From Lama guanicoe (lineage: Eukaryota): DNA of 64,000 bases. The stretch spans positions 868,001 through 932,000 of the forward strand of contig MU054117.1 in the NCBI GenBank assembly GCA_013239625.1, given 5' to 3'. The notes under the pieces were generated by a model that was not told the DNA's origin, did no database searches, and saw nothing but the letters and a program-made list of their open reading frames with translations. This document shows positions 25,785 through 38,100 of the stretch, in pieces; the stretch's first letter is position 1, and each line of letters opens with the position of its first letter. Made by a program: the position numbers and the translations under genes.

Positions 25785-25960
25785 ATTAAAGCTCTCCTAC
25801 AGAGTCTTCGGGATAAAGCTCAAACTCGTTAGTGTGACACGCACGGCTCTTGATCTGGCCTCTGCCTTTCTCTGAGCTGCGTGTCCTCCCAGTCCTGGGA
25901 CCACCACACACACACACTCCCTTCCAGCCATACTGAGCTGCCTGGAGTTGTTGAAATATC
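25785..25960 (+). mobile_element. L2 internal fragment
   Basis: ggataaagctcaaactcgttagtgtgacac...gatctggcctctgcct...ctcccttccagccatactga. Confidence 0.55.
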
Positions 25961-26084
25961 GATTGTGGACATAGATCTCTAGCTGTTACATGGCACAGAC
26001 TCCAAGCCACCCAGCTGAGACGAAGACACGTGATCAGAGACTCCAGCGTCTGCCCACAGGGGAGGGGGGCTTGGGGCTAGAGTT

Positions 26085-26190
26085 CAATCAGACTCATGCT
26101 TCAAAGGGACGTGAGAGGATCCACAGGCTCTCCAGCTGGTCACTGACAATGTCCAGAATGTAATCCAAGATTACCAGACACAAAACTACG
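26085..26190 (+). mobile_element. Possible old L1M 5'/ORF1-proximal fragment
   Basis: acaatgtccagaatgtaatccaagattaccagacacaaaa resembles L1M sequence upstream of ORF1. Confidence 0.35.
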
Positions 26191-26839
26191 CTCCCTGCTT
26201 AAGAGAACAGGAGGTCAAAGGAGACAAGGCCTGAGACGACCAGGGGCTGGCATCAGCAGACAGGGTCCGTCACACGCAGCGCTCTGCCGTCCCCGTCTCT
26301 GCTGGGAGAGCAACCACTGCCTGAAAGCTCTGCCCCCTTGCTCGGTAACTCGCTCATCGGCTCTTCCCAGGGCTCCGCATTCGTCCTGATCACTCACGAG
26401 CTTGCCGTCCAGTTGTCTGGTTACTTGCTTGCCTCCTCCATCTCTCCTGAAGCAGGGGTGGGCCATTTGTGTCAGCGACATCAACGCAGAGCACGGGCTG
26501 GAGGACCAGTGTGGGCTGAATGGACAAAGAGACTGAGAACAACGGTGGACGCTCGCACATCGCTGACTCACGGGCGGCCCCTCACACCACGTTCACGGTC
26601 TTGAAACCACGTGGCGCCTCCTCCTCCTCCTGCTGCGTCTCACGCAGGTCACTTCTGTGCGAGGAGGATGTGGACGCCGAAGCGCAGAGATGTGCTCTCA
26701 CCCCCACATCCCTCCATCTGAAGCCTGCTCGGTGGGCTTCTCCCTGAGCCCCACTTCCCAAGGTGGGTCTTACTCCTGCTTGATGTCAGTTCCCGACATG
26801 CTCACTGACCCCTCCCTCGGGCTGTAAGCCTCACTGAGT

Positions 26840-26985
26840 TAACTCCCACTGGGCGCCTCACGATGCCAGGTGGGCACGTGGCCCATTCCACTCCCCCAAC
26901 CCACGAGGGAGGCAGGATCCAGGTCACCACCACTTCACAGATCATGACACTGAGAAGGCTTTTTTCACAAGGTTAGCAACTGGCA
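26840..26985 (-). mobile_element. MIR SINE fragment
   Basis: caacccacgagggaggcagg...ccacttcacagatcatgacactgag...caaggtt. Confidence 0.45.
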
Positions 26986-28639
26986 GCCTCCTCTGCCCAT
27001 CATCCTAGACGAAGAAAGACTTCAAGAGAAGCAATCTTTCCTCTCATTCCTGACACGCCTTAGGCGTCTCACTTCGACTTTAAAGAGGTTTGCTGGAGGG
27101 AGGCAGCGCGTCCGCCCACTGTGGAAATCTGAAATAAACCCCCGAGCCATGAAGAGCCGGTCAGCTGACCGACCCCACCTGCACACAGGCTGCCGCCCAT
27201 CCGCTTCGGGTTTCTCTCACCTTCCAAAGGGGCGTGAGTGGAGGCGGCGCTCTGCTCCCGTCAGGGCCGCCGAGAGGGGACGAGCTGGAGCAATATGGGC
27301 AGACACGGCCCCAGAGCCCATCATCCCAGCCGTACGGAATGTCTGCTGGGCCTAATGGGATCGGGACCACGGTCTGAGGGCGGAAGGAGCACAGCTCCCC
27401 GGAGATGATCGGCCTCTGCGGCCTCGCTGGAGTGCTAATGGAATTAACGGGCAGAAGACACTTTGAAGTCGGCCCTCACGAGCCACATGTCCTCTGCAGG
27501 GCGCACTGAGTCCAAGATTCCTCCTTGCTCGTTGAGCAGTTACTGACGCTTGGCGTTCTGGTTCTCCTGTGTGTTCTGGAATTCTTTCCGACTCTGAGAG
27601 CCAATGCTGAAACTGAGTTAAACATGAACTGTTGAGATGCGTCTAGATGGGGGTTCTGGAAGCCCAAGTCTAGCTCACGAACCAGCGACGACAAGGCAGC
27701 ACGTGGCCCAGCTCCTCCCTCTGCCCCCACGAGTCCCCGTGTGCTGGGAACCGTCCAGACACCCGCGCTCCGGGCACACACACCCACCAGGACTTAAAGG
27801 CAACACTCAACATGGGTTATTTCACTTAAGCAGAAAAGATCCTCCGACAGCACCTCCTCACTCATGCTCCCGGAAGCCAGGCTGCACGCACCGGGGGCCG
27901 AGTCTGCGCTGGTAAGACTGAGACAAGCGAGGCTTGTGCGTGCCTTTCCCAGAATCTCAGGGCAGAACGTCAGAAAGTTTTATTTGCATCCCAGCCTGTT
28001 TTTCAGTGCCAACTGCTTGGATCACCGAGCCTCCCTCCAACTTCATACCTGAGAAGGTTCAGTTACTTAAACCCAGAGGAGCCGCGGGAAAAGAACACAC
28101 GCCTGTGGGTCTGTCGCATCTGGCAGCTCAGAGACGAACTGGAGTCTCCCCTTGGAAAATCGCTCAAGAATGAAGTGTCTCATGCGAGCAGTTTCCTACC
28201 ATTGAACTTACTCCACTTTCCACAGTGTGGTTTGAAAGTAAAGATTCCCACTTGATTTATCTGCGCTGGCAGCAAGCAAGAGGAGTCTCTGAATCACTCA
28301 CCAGAAACCTGAGACTCCAGGAGGCAACCTGTGTCTGCGTGAGTCTCTCCGGTCCCACAAACGACGGGGCTCCGTTAAAGCGCCGCCGTGCGTAATCAGT
28401 GCCGCTGGTGCTCTTCACAGGCTGCAGTGATCCCTCTCAAATCACCACACTGCTTATTAAAACGATAAAGACGCGTCTTGAAACACAACCGGCAGTTTAC
28501 CGGTCAGAAAGCGCTCACCCAAGGATGAGGAGACACACCCTTTGCTTCCCAGTTACCGTGCGCGTCGCCCCAGCCATGTTCACTGCGCACGAACACTGCG
28601 AGGGCCACACCTGCCTCGTTTCACGGGCGCGCCGACCTC

Positions 28640-28768
28640 CTTGGGAAGCTGGCATTACCGGCTCTAGTTCTGATGAGAAAAGTGGTGTTTGACGAGGTCA
28701 CCTGCTCAAGGTCACACATCAGGTACGTGGCGCAACTAGGACTCCAGCCCAGGCGGGTCTAACCCCAC
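28640..28768 (-). mobile_element. MIR SINE fragment
   Basis: gatgagaaaagtgg...acctgctcaaggtcacaca...gtggcgcaactaggactccagcccagg. Confidence 0.6.
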
Positions 28769-30749
28769 ATGTCTCCGCAACATTCCCTGTTGTCCCCGGG
28801 GCTTCGCTCTGAGATGGGACGTGCTTGTCTTTATGTCACACACGGCCAGGTCACAGATGCCGGGGTCAGCCGAAGGCACTCAGCAGACTGCAACACGGGG
28901 CGTGCCTGCGGCCACAGCAAGGAGACTCTCTGGACGAACTGATCATTCGTCCGAGAACTTTACGTTTGTCACAGGTCTTGGGGACCATCAGCGCAACCCC
29001 CGCGTCTACGGGGAAGGATGGGACCCAGGGTGGAGGGTTTGTCCCCGGATCTCCACTTCTCGGATAAACCTCCGTCACGTCTCATCAGAAAGACTGGCCA
29101 GCACGCACTCGTGCCCCCACGTCCAGGCGTGCGGAGGCAGAGGGGCGACAGGCAGACCCCGTGTCTGGCCCCAGAGGATGCAGTCAGGGCGACTGAGCAC
29201 GAAGCCATCCAAAAACCACAGGGGTATTTCATGAGGCACCGACGTGACTGACGGACGGCAGGGCCACGTGCCTCCTGGGGTGGAGACAGGGGCGGGCAGC
29301 AGGGTCTTGCAGGGACTGGCAAAGGGAAGACGATGGACCTCCGGCGCTGGACGGAGGGAGGAACCGAGCGGCCTGGGCGAACAGACAAACCTGAGGGAGG
29401 ACGTGCCCCTGGCGTCTGCTGGGCCCAGAGACAGGAACGTTTCACTCCAGCCGGTTCCGGGCCCAGAGCCTGAGGGGCCCGCCTGGCAGGCAGGGGGCCC
29501 CAGGGATGTTTTCCATCAGCCATACTTAGCCCTGCTTTGTACCAGGGCCATGACCCCGACAAGCCTCATCGTCACTGGAATGCCGTCCAAGTCAAGGGAA
29601 ACGCAGGAGACGCCAGAGCTGTTGCGACATCGGTCCAAAGTCGGGGTGGGGCGGCCTGACTCAGCGGGGAAACTCACTCACCAGCCTCTCCTGGCACCTG
29701 GGCCAGACTCAGCCGATTCTGACCCCTTTTCCTGTGAACCTTCTCCAAAGCCGAAAGCCACTTTTCTGCCCCCTTGGGAGACAGAAGAGGCTGCACAGGA
29801 CACCCCACACAGAGGCGTCGCGGATTCCGGACGGCGCCCGATGTGGCTCTGCAGACCCGCCCGCCCGGCCGTGGCCCCCCCGCATCAGGCTGCTCGCCTC
29901 CAGTGGGGACACTCGGACCACCGCTGGCTACGGTGCTTCTGAGGCTCAAGTGCCACACGAGGAGATTCTCTGCAAAGTTTAAAGCATCACAGACGTCAGC
30001 GGTCAGACTTCTAAAAGGGAGACACGTCCACGGGTCTTCCAGACACGTGGGCAAGCGAGGGACGGAAGTTTTCCTGGTTTTAAGGGAGACGCTCGAGGAG
30101 GCCGAGCTTCGTGCTGGTTCTCAGGACAGCTGCCCGCAGACGCACCCGGACAGGGACGCTCCATCTGGCACGGACACCAGCTCGGGGCCCGGCCGGCCCT
30201 GCTGAGCACAACGCCCCCTCACCCCCCGAGGCCCCGCACGCGGCCCGCAGTGAGCCGGCCTCCAGCCTCGTCTCTCCCGCTGGTCCCCTCCGTCCCTCCT
30301 CTGCTCACTGCAGGGCACTTCCGCCCCTCTTCCCACCCCTTCCCTGGGCTCCCGACAGGACGGGCAGCTGTGCTCAGGGACAGTCAACGGGCAAGGCTAA
30401 CGGACCGCAAAGCAGGCTCTCTGCTTCCAGTTTCCGTTTTGTGAGGACTCCCCCTCCAACGGCGAACTCTCCTTGTCCATTTCCGCCAACTTTCTCTCGT
30501 GCTCCCAGCGTCTCGGCGGAGGGCACGTGAGCACCCTCGTCTCGGCCGCACAGACGGGCTCTCAGTCTGCTCCTCAGAGCCAGCTGGTCTGGGCTCAGCG
30601 GGAGGAAACAAGGGGTCCCGGTGGGAAGGGGCTTATCCGGGCTTGCCGGGCTGTGAAGAAAGAGGTCACCCTCTCGCCTGGGTCTCAGTCTGGAAGTAAG
30701 GTCCCCTCCGTGAGAGTCCAGAACGGGAAAGGTGGCTGGGAAGGCTGGC

Positions 30750-30850
30750 AACTCACAGCAAACCTGCAGGAAGCCATCAGTGGCCCCATTTCACAGATGA
30801 GAAACTGAGGCTTACTGGTAAATGCACGAGGTCAGTGACCTCACAGTCCA
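30750..30850 (-). mobile_element. MIR SINE fragment
   Basis: ccccatttcacagatgagaaactgaggct, near-perfect reverse MIR core. Confidence 0.75.
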
Positions 30851-32349
30851 GCTGGAGACACAAAATCCGGCCATGCTGATGCGAACAGAGCGCCCCACGG
30901 CCCCAGAGTCTGAGTGTGTCTGCCCAGCACCTGCCTCCGACAGCCACTCCTTCAAAACAAAACAAAGCAAAAACAAAAGTCCCCAAGCAATTTCCACCCC
31001 CTGAGTCACCAACCAGGAAACCGACCGGCAAGGCTGCCCACGGTCTCCAGGGGAATGTCCGCAGCTGTGCTCAGAGGCCAGAACGGCCGGGGGCCCAAGC
31101 GTGGCCTGCGTTTGTCCACAGCATCTTCGCCCCTCCACACACGTGTCCAGCCCCACCCCGCGCCTGCTGGGCCCAGAAAGTGCCAGGACGGGGACGAGGC
31201 GGGAAGTGGGCCACCAGCTCCCTCATTTTTCACGTCGTGGGGCTCCCAGCCTCTCTGGCCCCGCTCGTCTCCTTGGAGCTTTTATCTCTGCTGCGCAGGG
31301 CCGCGTGATGGGGTCTGGATGGCGGGGAGGGTGACCCTCGGGCCCCTTAGCCCGCAACGCGGCCTATCAGCAGTGCCTTCACCTCCCCGGGCCCCTCCTC
31401 GGCCCTCAGCCCCAAACCCAGGAGGTGGGGATGTGTAGTGGCCCCAGCTCCTCTCTCCCAAAGACCCTTTCACACCCCACCAGCCAGCGATGCCCGGGCC
31501 AAGGTTCTGCTGACCACACACACCATGTTGACAACGGACTTCCTGCCCGTCCCTAACTCAGGGGACCACTAGCCAGGGCACCTGGTCAGCTGGAACAGCC
31601 GGGCTGCAGTGCCAAGTGTGCACGCCCTGTCCACTGAGAGCACAGAGCCCTGACTCATCTGTGACTCTTCAGAGTCTGGTCGCAAATAAGTGGGCAGTTT
31701 CCATTATGGGTTTGAAATATTAAAAAGTGCTGTGGCCATTACGACGCCTTTATGAGACATTAGACCCTGGAGACGCCAGGCCGGGAATGACCACGAGCGT
31801 GACTCACAGCATCCTCCCTCCTAGAGACCTTCATGCACTCCCGAAATTCCAGATATCCATTAAGACTCAAAGAACTGAGTCTCAGATAATTAGATGTCAG
31901 GTAGCAGACGTGTATGTCCTGGGGGGGGTCACGGGGGCTGCAGCTGCCCGCCCTCGTGGCCCTGCTGTGCCTGAGCTGCGGGGTGAGCTGGGGAGGTGGG
32001 CAGGTCGGGTTCGATCCACCTGGAGGAGGAGAGGCCGGAGGGCTCACGCCAGAGCCGCCGTGTTCATCAGAGCCGAGGGCCCCCGACGCGCCAGGCACTG
32101 TGCACAGAGGATGACCCAGCCTGGGCCCAGCCAGCGACCTGCTTCTTCCCTTCAGGAGAAAAAGCAAAACGCATCGCCCCTGACAACGCGCCATTCGAGC
32201 GCATGAAGGACGGACGCCTGGCCCTCCCGACACAGCGTCAGAGCAACAGCCACACCCCCAGAAACGGGACAGAGGGGACGGGACAGGCCACCAGCAAGAA
32301 GGCCCAGACAGGAGCAACGCAGAGGACAAGCTCTGAAAAGAGAAACTGC

Positions 32350-32408
32350 CCCGTGCCCGGCACGTGGCAGAGGCTCGGGACGAGGCACGTTGAATAAGCA
32401 AGTGAACA
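32350..32408 (+). mobile_element. L2 3' terminus
   Basis: gtgcccggcacgtggcagaggctc...gttgaataagcaagtgaa. Confidence 0.5.
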
Positions 32409-32949
32409 CAGGACTCTGGTCCTACGGGAAGCGATTCTGAAGGACGAGGCCCCTCTCAGCAACGAGCTGTGACCTTCATCCAGCTTTCATTTTTATCTGC
32501 TCACGTCCACTCACCGTAGCGTCAAACGGCTCTCAAAGGCTCATTGCAAAACAAACGAACGAAACACAAACAAATCCGCAGTTCTCGTCCTGACCGCCCC
32601 ACCTCCTCCCCCAGCAAGCACCGCGCCAGCTCCTCAGCTGCTTCTTTGAGTCACTAATCCTATGCTTTCAGGCCTTAGACTTACGGAGCTTCCTGCCAAG
32701 CTGCAGGCTCCCGCCACGGGCAGCGAGGGCGGGCCTCTGCGACGCGCCCCCGGCCCCCTCCTCAGGACCTGCCCCTTGTTCTGCATCGTGGTGACCACAA
32801 AGGCCCCTCACAGGGCTCTCTGCCTGTCTCCTGTGCTGGGGCCGGCGTTCCCCGAGCCCCGTTTCCCTTGGCCTCCCCCGCCCCGGGATGAAGAGCTCCC
32901 CTTGGTGCTTCTCCGCGTGGAGCTCATTTGGTTCTGGGTCTGGGTCTGG

Positions 32950-34270
32950 GGTTCCCTTCATTGTGTCTGTGGTTGCTCCCGTTGAGCCCTCACTCATCTG
33001 ACAACATCTGTTCCACTCGGTGCCCGAGGGGCAGTCTGGCTGGGTATAAAATCCCCAGCTGGCGACCGCGTCCCTCCAGAATCTCGAGGGCGCTGCGCCG
33101 CTAGCTCTAGCCTCCCGGGTTGGAGCATCAGGAGCCAGGCCGATCCCTGATCCTTTGTGATGAACTGTAGTAACGCCACGCCACGCAGGGAAAACTCTCC
33201 AGAACGTGCAAGAGTGCCGATGGTCCCGCTTCTCTGACGCTTTCACACGCGGTGCTGTCTGGTGTGGGCCCTTCAGCCTGCAAACGAACGCCCTGTAGTT
33301 GCAGGAAAGACCCTGGAGTGTCCCCCTGATGGTCCCCCCCCAGCGTCGCCTCCTCCTGGGACGCCCGGCGTTCAGACGCGCGACGTCTCGGCGTGGTGGT
33401 CTCACTGTCTTATTTTTCTCCTAATTTCCAGCTCTGGTATTTTTTTTTCGCCCTACTTTCCTGGAGATTCATTAATTTGGTTTTCCAATGACTCACAGCC
33501 CTCAGCTACAACACTTTTAATTTCTAAGAGTCCCTTTTCGTTTCTTCAGTGCTCCTTCTGCATAGAAATCAGTTGCTGTTTCAGGCAAGTAGCATCTCTC
33601 ATCTCTCCGAAGACAGAAGAGAATGTTGGTGGTGGCGCTTTGGGGTTTTTTTAAGGTTTCTTCTTTCACTTTCTGTTTTAAATATGCGTCCTTTGCTTGT
33701 TTGCCTTGCTTTCTATTTTCATCCTAAGGGACTTCCTCAAATATTTAGGTGTCCTTAATTGACTGACCATATATAAGAGTGAGACACAGAGGACTGATGG
33801 GTGGCGAGTGGGGCTTGCCAGCTAGACTCGGCCAGAGAGGCCGCAGCTGAACCGTCCGCAGGGCCTAGGCCTTTCTCCAGGCTAGACCGGGCTCCGCCAG
33901 CCTGAAGGCCGCCGGGAGGAGGCTCGCATCTCCTGCCTGTGCGAGCCCAGCGAGGGCACAGCCGGGAAGTCCCAGCCCGCACTCCCCACCGGCAGCCTGC
34001 CCTCGGGGGTCCCAGCCACGCCCAACCCGGGCTCCTCCCGGTCTGTGGGAGAGCGCAACCCTCCGGCCTCCTGCTGAAGCAGGGGGAGTGCTGGCTGCTG
34101 GCACGGGGGCGGGCAGCAGGGAGCAAAGTAGAGCAAAGTACTTCTTAACCAGACTTGGAAGCAGTTCACCACTTTTCAGCCCCATTTTCGCCGCCACTTC
34201 CGAAGTTCTCTGACCACTAGTTCCAAGCCTTTGGGGAGTCGTGAGTCGCACATTCTCTCGTCTCATGTTC
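32950..34270 (-). mobile_element. Ancient HAL1 / L1M ORF1-region fragment
   Basis: Recalled diagnostic segments in colinear order: tctggctgggtataaaatc, cctgatcctttgt, ttttaatttctaagagtccctt, ttcctcaaatatttaggtgtcctt, catatataagagtgag. Strongly T-rich on the plus strand at 33400-33780. Confidence 0.65.
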
Positions 34271-34989
34271 CTCGTCGCAGCTCAGGAGCCCACTGTCTCA
34301 CACGGGTAAGGCCGGCTCCTGCCTGTCCGTCTCTGCAGCCTGCAAAGCTACCGGTGTCCCTCTGCCTGCTGCCGCTGGGACCACGGAGGCAGGGCCGCTC
34401 TGGCAAACTCTGGATGCAGCTCAACCTTGACCCAGCACCACGGTCAAGGAGGGCGTGGCTTCTGGGGTGAAGTGGGCATCAACGCTGCCTTAGAAGAGGT
34501 GCGTGCCCTCTGCCCCCAGAGCCTGGCCGGAGCAGGGCGTGCGCGTCCACGTCCACTGTGCCGAGTCTCCGTGGGAACCCTGGGGGAGGCACTGGGCACT
34601 GGTCACCTGACCAACCTCCGGGACGCTGGTCCGGGCAGACCCCGCAGGACGCGCAGGCCTCTACCAAAGCCCCGGAGAAGCGCAGCCCCGTCAAGCGGTC
34701 GGCTGCAGCTGCGTGGTCGTCAAGGGCCAAGGCGAACTCCCAGGCCCAACGGGGCCTCCGAGGCAACTTCAAACACACGAAATGAACAGAGAAACGCGGC
34801 CCTCAGACACACGCACGCACGGACGCACACGTGTGGCTCCTGCTGTCTTCTTTTCCACTCGTTTTATCTCTGTGGCTGATGCGTTTTTTAAAAGATCACT
34901 TTACCATAATTTTCGCGTGGTTTTGGAAGAGAGCATTCAATCGGAGTTTCTAAACTACCGTGGGCTTTTCTTCCTCATTACCATACTTC

Positions 34990-35170
34990 ATTCTATTTTT
35001 ATAAAATATAACATCTATTTGGAACAGTGAATAAAACACATTTTACAGATTAATGAATAATTGTGAAGCAAACGCTCACGTAACTAGCGTCCTGATCAAG
35101 AGACACACCCCTGCCGGCACCCAGACGCCTCCCGGTGTCCCACCAGCCCCACTTCCCCACCTTCCCTGAC
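34990..35170 (-). mobile_element. Old L1ME-type 3' end fragment
   Basis: aaatataacat...ataaaacacattttacagattaatgaataattgtgaagcaaacgctcacgtaac...tcaagagacacac...gccggcacccaga resembles the reverse complement of an L1ME 3' UTR. Confidence 0.6.
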
Positions 35171-38100
35171 GGCGCCCCCGTGTGCGAACGCGCCGCCGTA
35201 AAGGGCGGTCTGGCTCTGCCAGGGCTTAGCGTCCCGCGAACAGGACGCACTGCACCCCTGCTCGACGAGACGAGAACCCCGTCTCGTCGGATGCAGCCTC
35301 GGCCCCGCATCTTTACCCCTCCACGAAAAGCTCTCTGCAACGTTACTGATAAACACGAGACTGTCAGGGCTGATGGAGGGGCTGCGAGGGAAGAGAAGTC
35401 CAGTGATCTGCTGGAAGTTTAAGAGGGAAAGTCCTCAGGTGCACAAGTATTTCTCTCGGAAGCCTGAACCATAATCAGACCTTTCCCAGTGGGTGGAAAG
35501 CGCCTCGAGACGGCTTGGCGGGGCGTCCAGCTCATCCTCCCAGTGCTGGGCGGGTCAGCGCTCGTCCCAGGGCCCATTTTCCATCAGGAGACGCTCGGAC
35601 CGGAACCGGTGATGCCCCCGAGAGGCGGCGGTGTCTGCTCACAACCCAGCACGTTCTCCCGGGCAGCCAAGGCCCCGGGAGCCACGAGTCCTCCTCTGGG
35701 ACTCTCATTACGAGGAAATGGACCGAGGGCAGACGCACCTCAGCAGACAGGCCAGCCATCCCAGGCAGTTCCATGGAGGCCGAGGAACGGGGAGAAGACG
35801 GCCTTTAAGCCCCACTTGGTAGAGCCCCCGAGGGGCCCTCAGGGAGCCCGTGGGGCAGTCTTCCTTCTCGAGAAGGGAACTGAAGGCCAAGGGAGGGAGG
35901 TGATTCGTCTGAGTCACGAGGCTCGTTGGCCTTTGTGCCCTCCGTCTGCGGGGGCAGGCGTGCCACGTGACCGCCCAGATCCTGGAGACGCAGACGCTGA
36001 CCCCTGTGGTCCACACGGGCACCAGCCCCCCGCCCAGGGGACAGCCACCACGGCACATGGCTTCCTGCTCCGTGTTCTCCACACAGAACCGGGCCATTCA
36101 CACACCAGGGTGTGACTGTGTGCGAGTGTGTGTGTGTCTCTGCGCGGGCATGGTCATGACTGGAGCAGACACCCCCTCCATCCATGGCAGCAGCATCTCC
36201 CCCCATAGCCTGGGGCTCACCAGGTAGGAAGACCCCGCCTCTCCTCACAACCTGTAAACAGGGGCGGCACCTGCTCCCGAGCAGGCAAGACGGGTCCTTG
36301 GAGAGCGCAGAGCCGCTCGGGAAGCAGCCTGGGCCCCCCCCCGGCTCGAGGCCCTTGTCACCTGGACCCCAAGTGGCCACAAGCACCACACGCACTATCC
36401 TGTCTCCTTGGCGGCCAGGGTGACACGGGGAGCCATGAGGGAACAGCACAGAGGAAGCCGGACTCCCGAGGGGACACCCTGGGCCTAGGCGGGGAGGGAG
36501 GAGGAGACGGTGTGAACCGCGGGGGGCCCTCGGTGACCCTGCCCCGGGCACCGTCCTTGGCAGAGCCGTAACTGGAAACCCAAACCCACGCTCCCGGCTG
36601 GGAACCCGGCGTCCTCCCTCGGCCTTCCTCCCTCTAACACCCCACTGCCCCGACTGGGCGAAGGGCCACCAGGACGCTGGACGCAGCAGCCACCACGGCC
36701 ACCTGGCCTGCGGAGGGGCAGCCTGCTTCACCCGAGGCACGTCCGTCCGGCACCCCCTTCTCCCATCGCCTGCCCCGTCTCCGGCCGGAATCCCGGGCCT
36801 CGGAGCTGCCCTTCCTGCGAACCCACCTCGCTGCCTGCCGGCCGCCGGCCACCGGTCACACAACTGGGGTGGGAGCAGGGTCTCCAGGCCGTTGTTTGCT
36901 AAGTGGGGCTGTCCCTGGGGCAGGTGGCTAAGCCCCCAGGGGGCAGGAAGAGCCCAAGACTCCAAGTGGGGAGCCCGGGGACCCTCCGGGGGGGCGGCTG
37001 CAGGCCTTACGCAGAACCTCCCGGTCGGAGAGGGGGCCTCGGGGGCGTCCTGGGAGCAGGCAGTGCCTTCCTTCCTCCGTGAGTTTAAAAGGACTGCGGC
37101 CAGCGTCTGGGGAGGCAGGGGCACGTGGGAGCGAGAGGACCTGGAGGTGCGGGAGACCTGGTGGCGGGGCCTGGAGGGACCCGGGCCAGTCAGCTTTTCG
37201 GAGGGTTAACACTTCACGTTCTGCCAAGTACATTCAGCCGTCTACGCAGGACCCGGGCTCGAGTGCCTGCTCCCGGGAAGGCAGACCCCGGCCCTTCCTC
37301 CCCGTGGAAGCCCAGAGCACTGCTGTCAACAAAGCAGGTGAGTTCGGGGGACCCAGTGAGATCGGTGACTGTCACTCGCCCGCTGCACGGCTGTTAAAGG
37401 CAGACCAACAGTGAACGCAGCGTGAAAGCCAGACCAACACGAGGAAGCACGCAGGACACCACGGCGCCGGCCGCCTCAGGCCCTGGGCGCCGCCGGGGTA
37501 ACGTAGCACCGTGTGTCCCGTGTCACCTGAGAGGCACTGCTAAGAGATCAGGAAGACAGGAGGGTGGAGAGGCCCCCCGCCGAGAAGCAGGGACACAGAA
37601 GGAAACTGAAAGCTCCAACTCGCCAGTGAAATTCTGAGTCTGTGCCGCTGTGTTTAAAAACACCACCTTAAATCGTCACTCACTGCACGCCAGCCACGCA
37701 CGGTTCCCCCGGACACCCTCTGCGTCAGGGCTCACGGACGTGACAGAATCAGCCCCACCTGTTTTAAGTCCACCCAACTTTCTAGAAGGGGGGCCGCGTG
37801 GCCGTCATCAGGCCGCTTTGTGGCCCAGAAGCCCCACGTGGACGTCACCACGTGGGCGGGCTCCCCTCCGCTCTGGAGAGCACTCATCTTCCGCTCCGTC
37901 TTCGCTCTGCGAGGTACCCGGGGGGAGGGGGACGCGCATTCCGTGCGTCCTGTTGTCGGTCAGTCGGGGGCACATCTTCCAAGCAATGGCTCCCCTGGAG
38001 ACCAAGGCCAGGATCCCGTCCTCTCTGCCTCTTCACTGTCACGTTCCAGCCAGACCCTGACTCGCGTCCACCCTGAGCTCTGGGCAGCCAGACCGGGAGC

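Noticed and set aside
34431-34451. REST/RE1-like sequence CCCAGCACCACGGTCAAGG
   Set aside because: The right half (GGACAG core) has two mismatches; probably non-functional.
35805-37124. Longest gap-free ORF (439 aa, minus strand), and other 200-295 aa ORFs such as 14833-15711, 15265-16143, 19291-20145 and 57822-58709
   Set aside because: Pro/Arg/Gly/Ala-rich, no recognisable domain, with overlapping ORFs in several frames. Expected from stop-codon scarcity in GC-rich intronic DNA.
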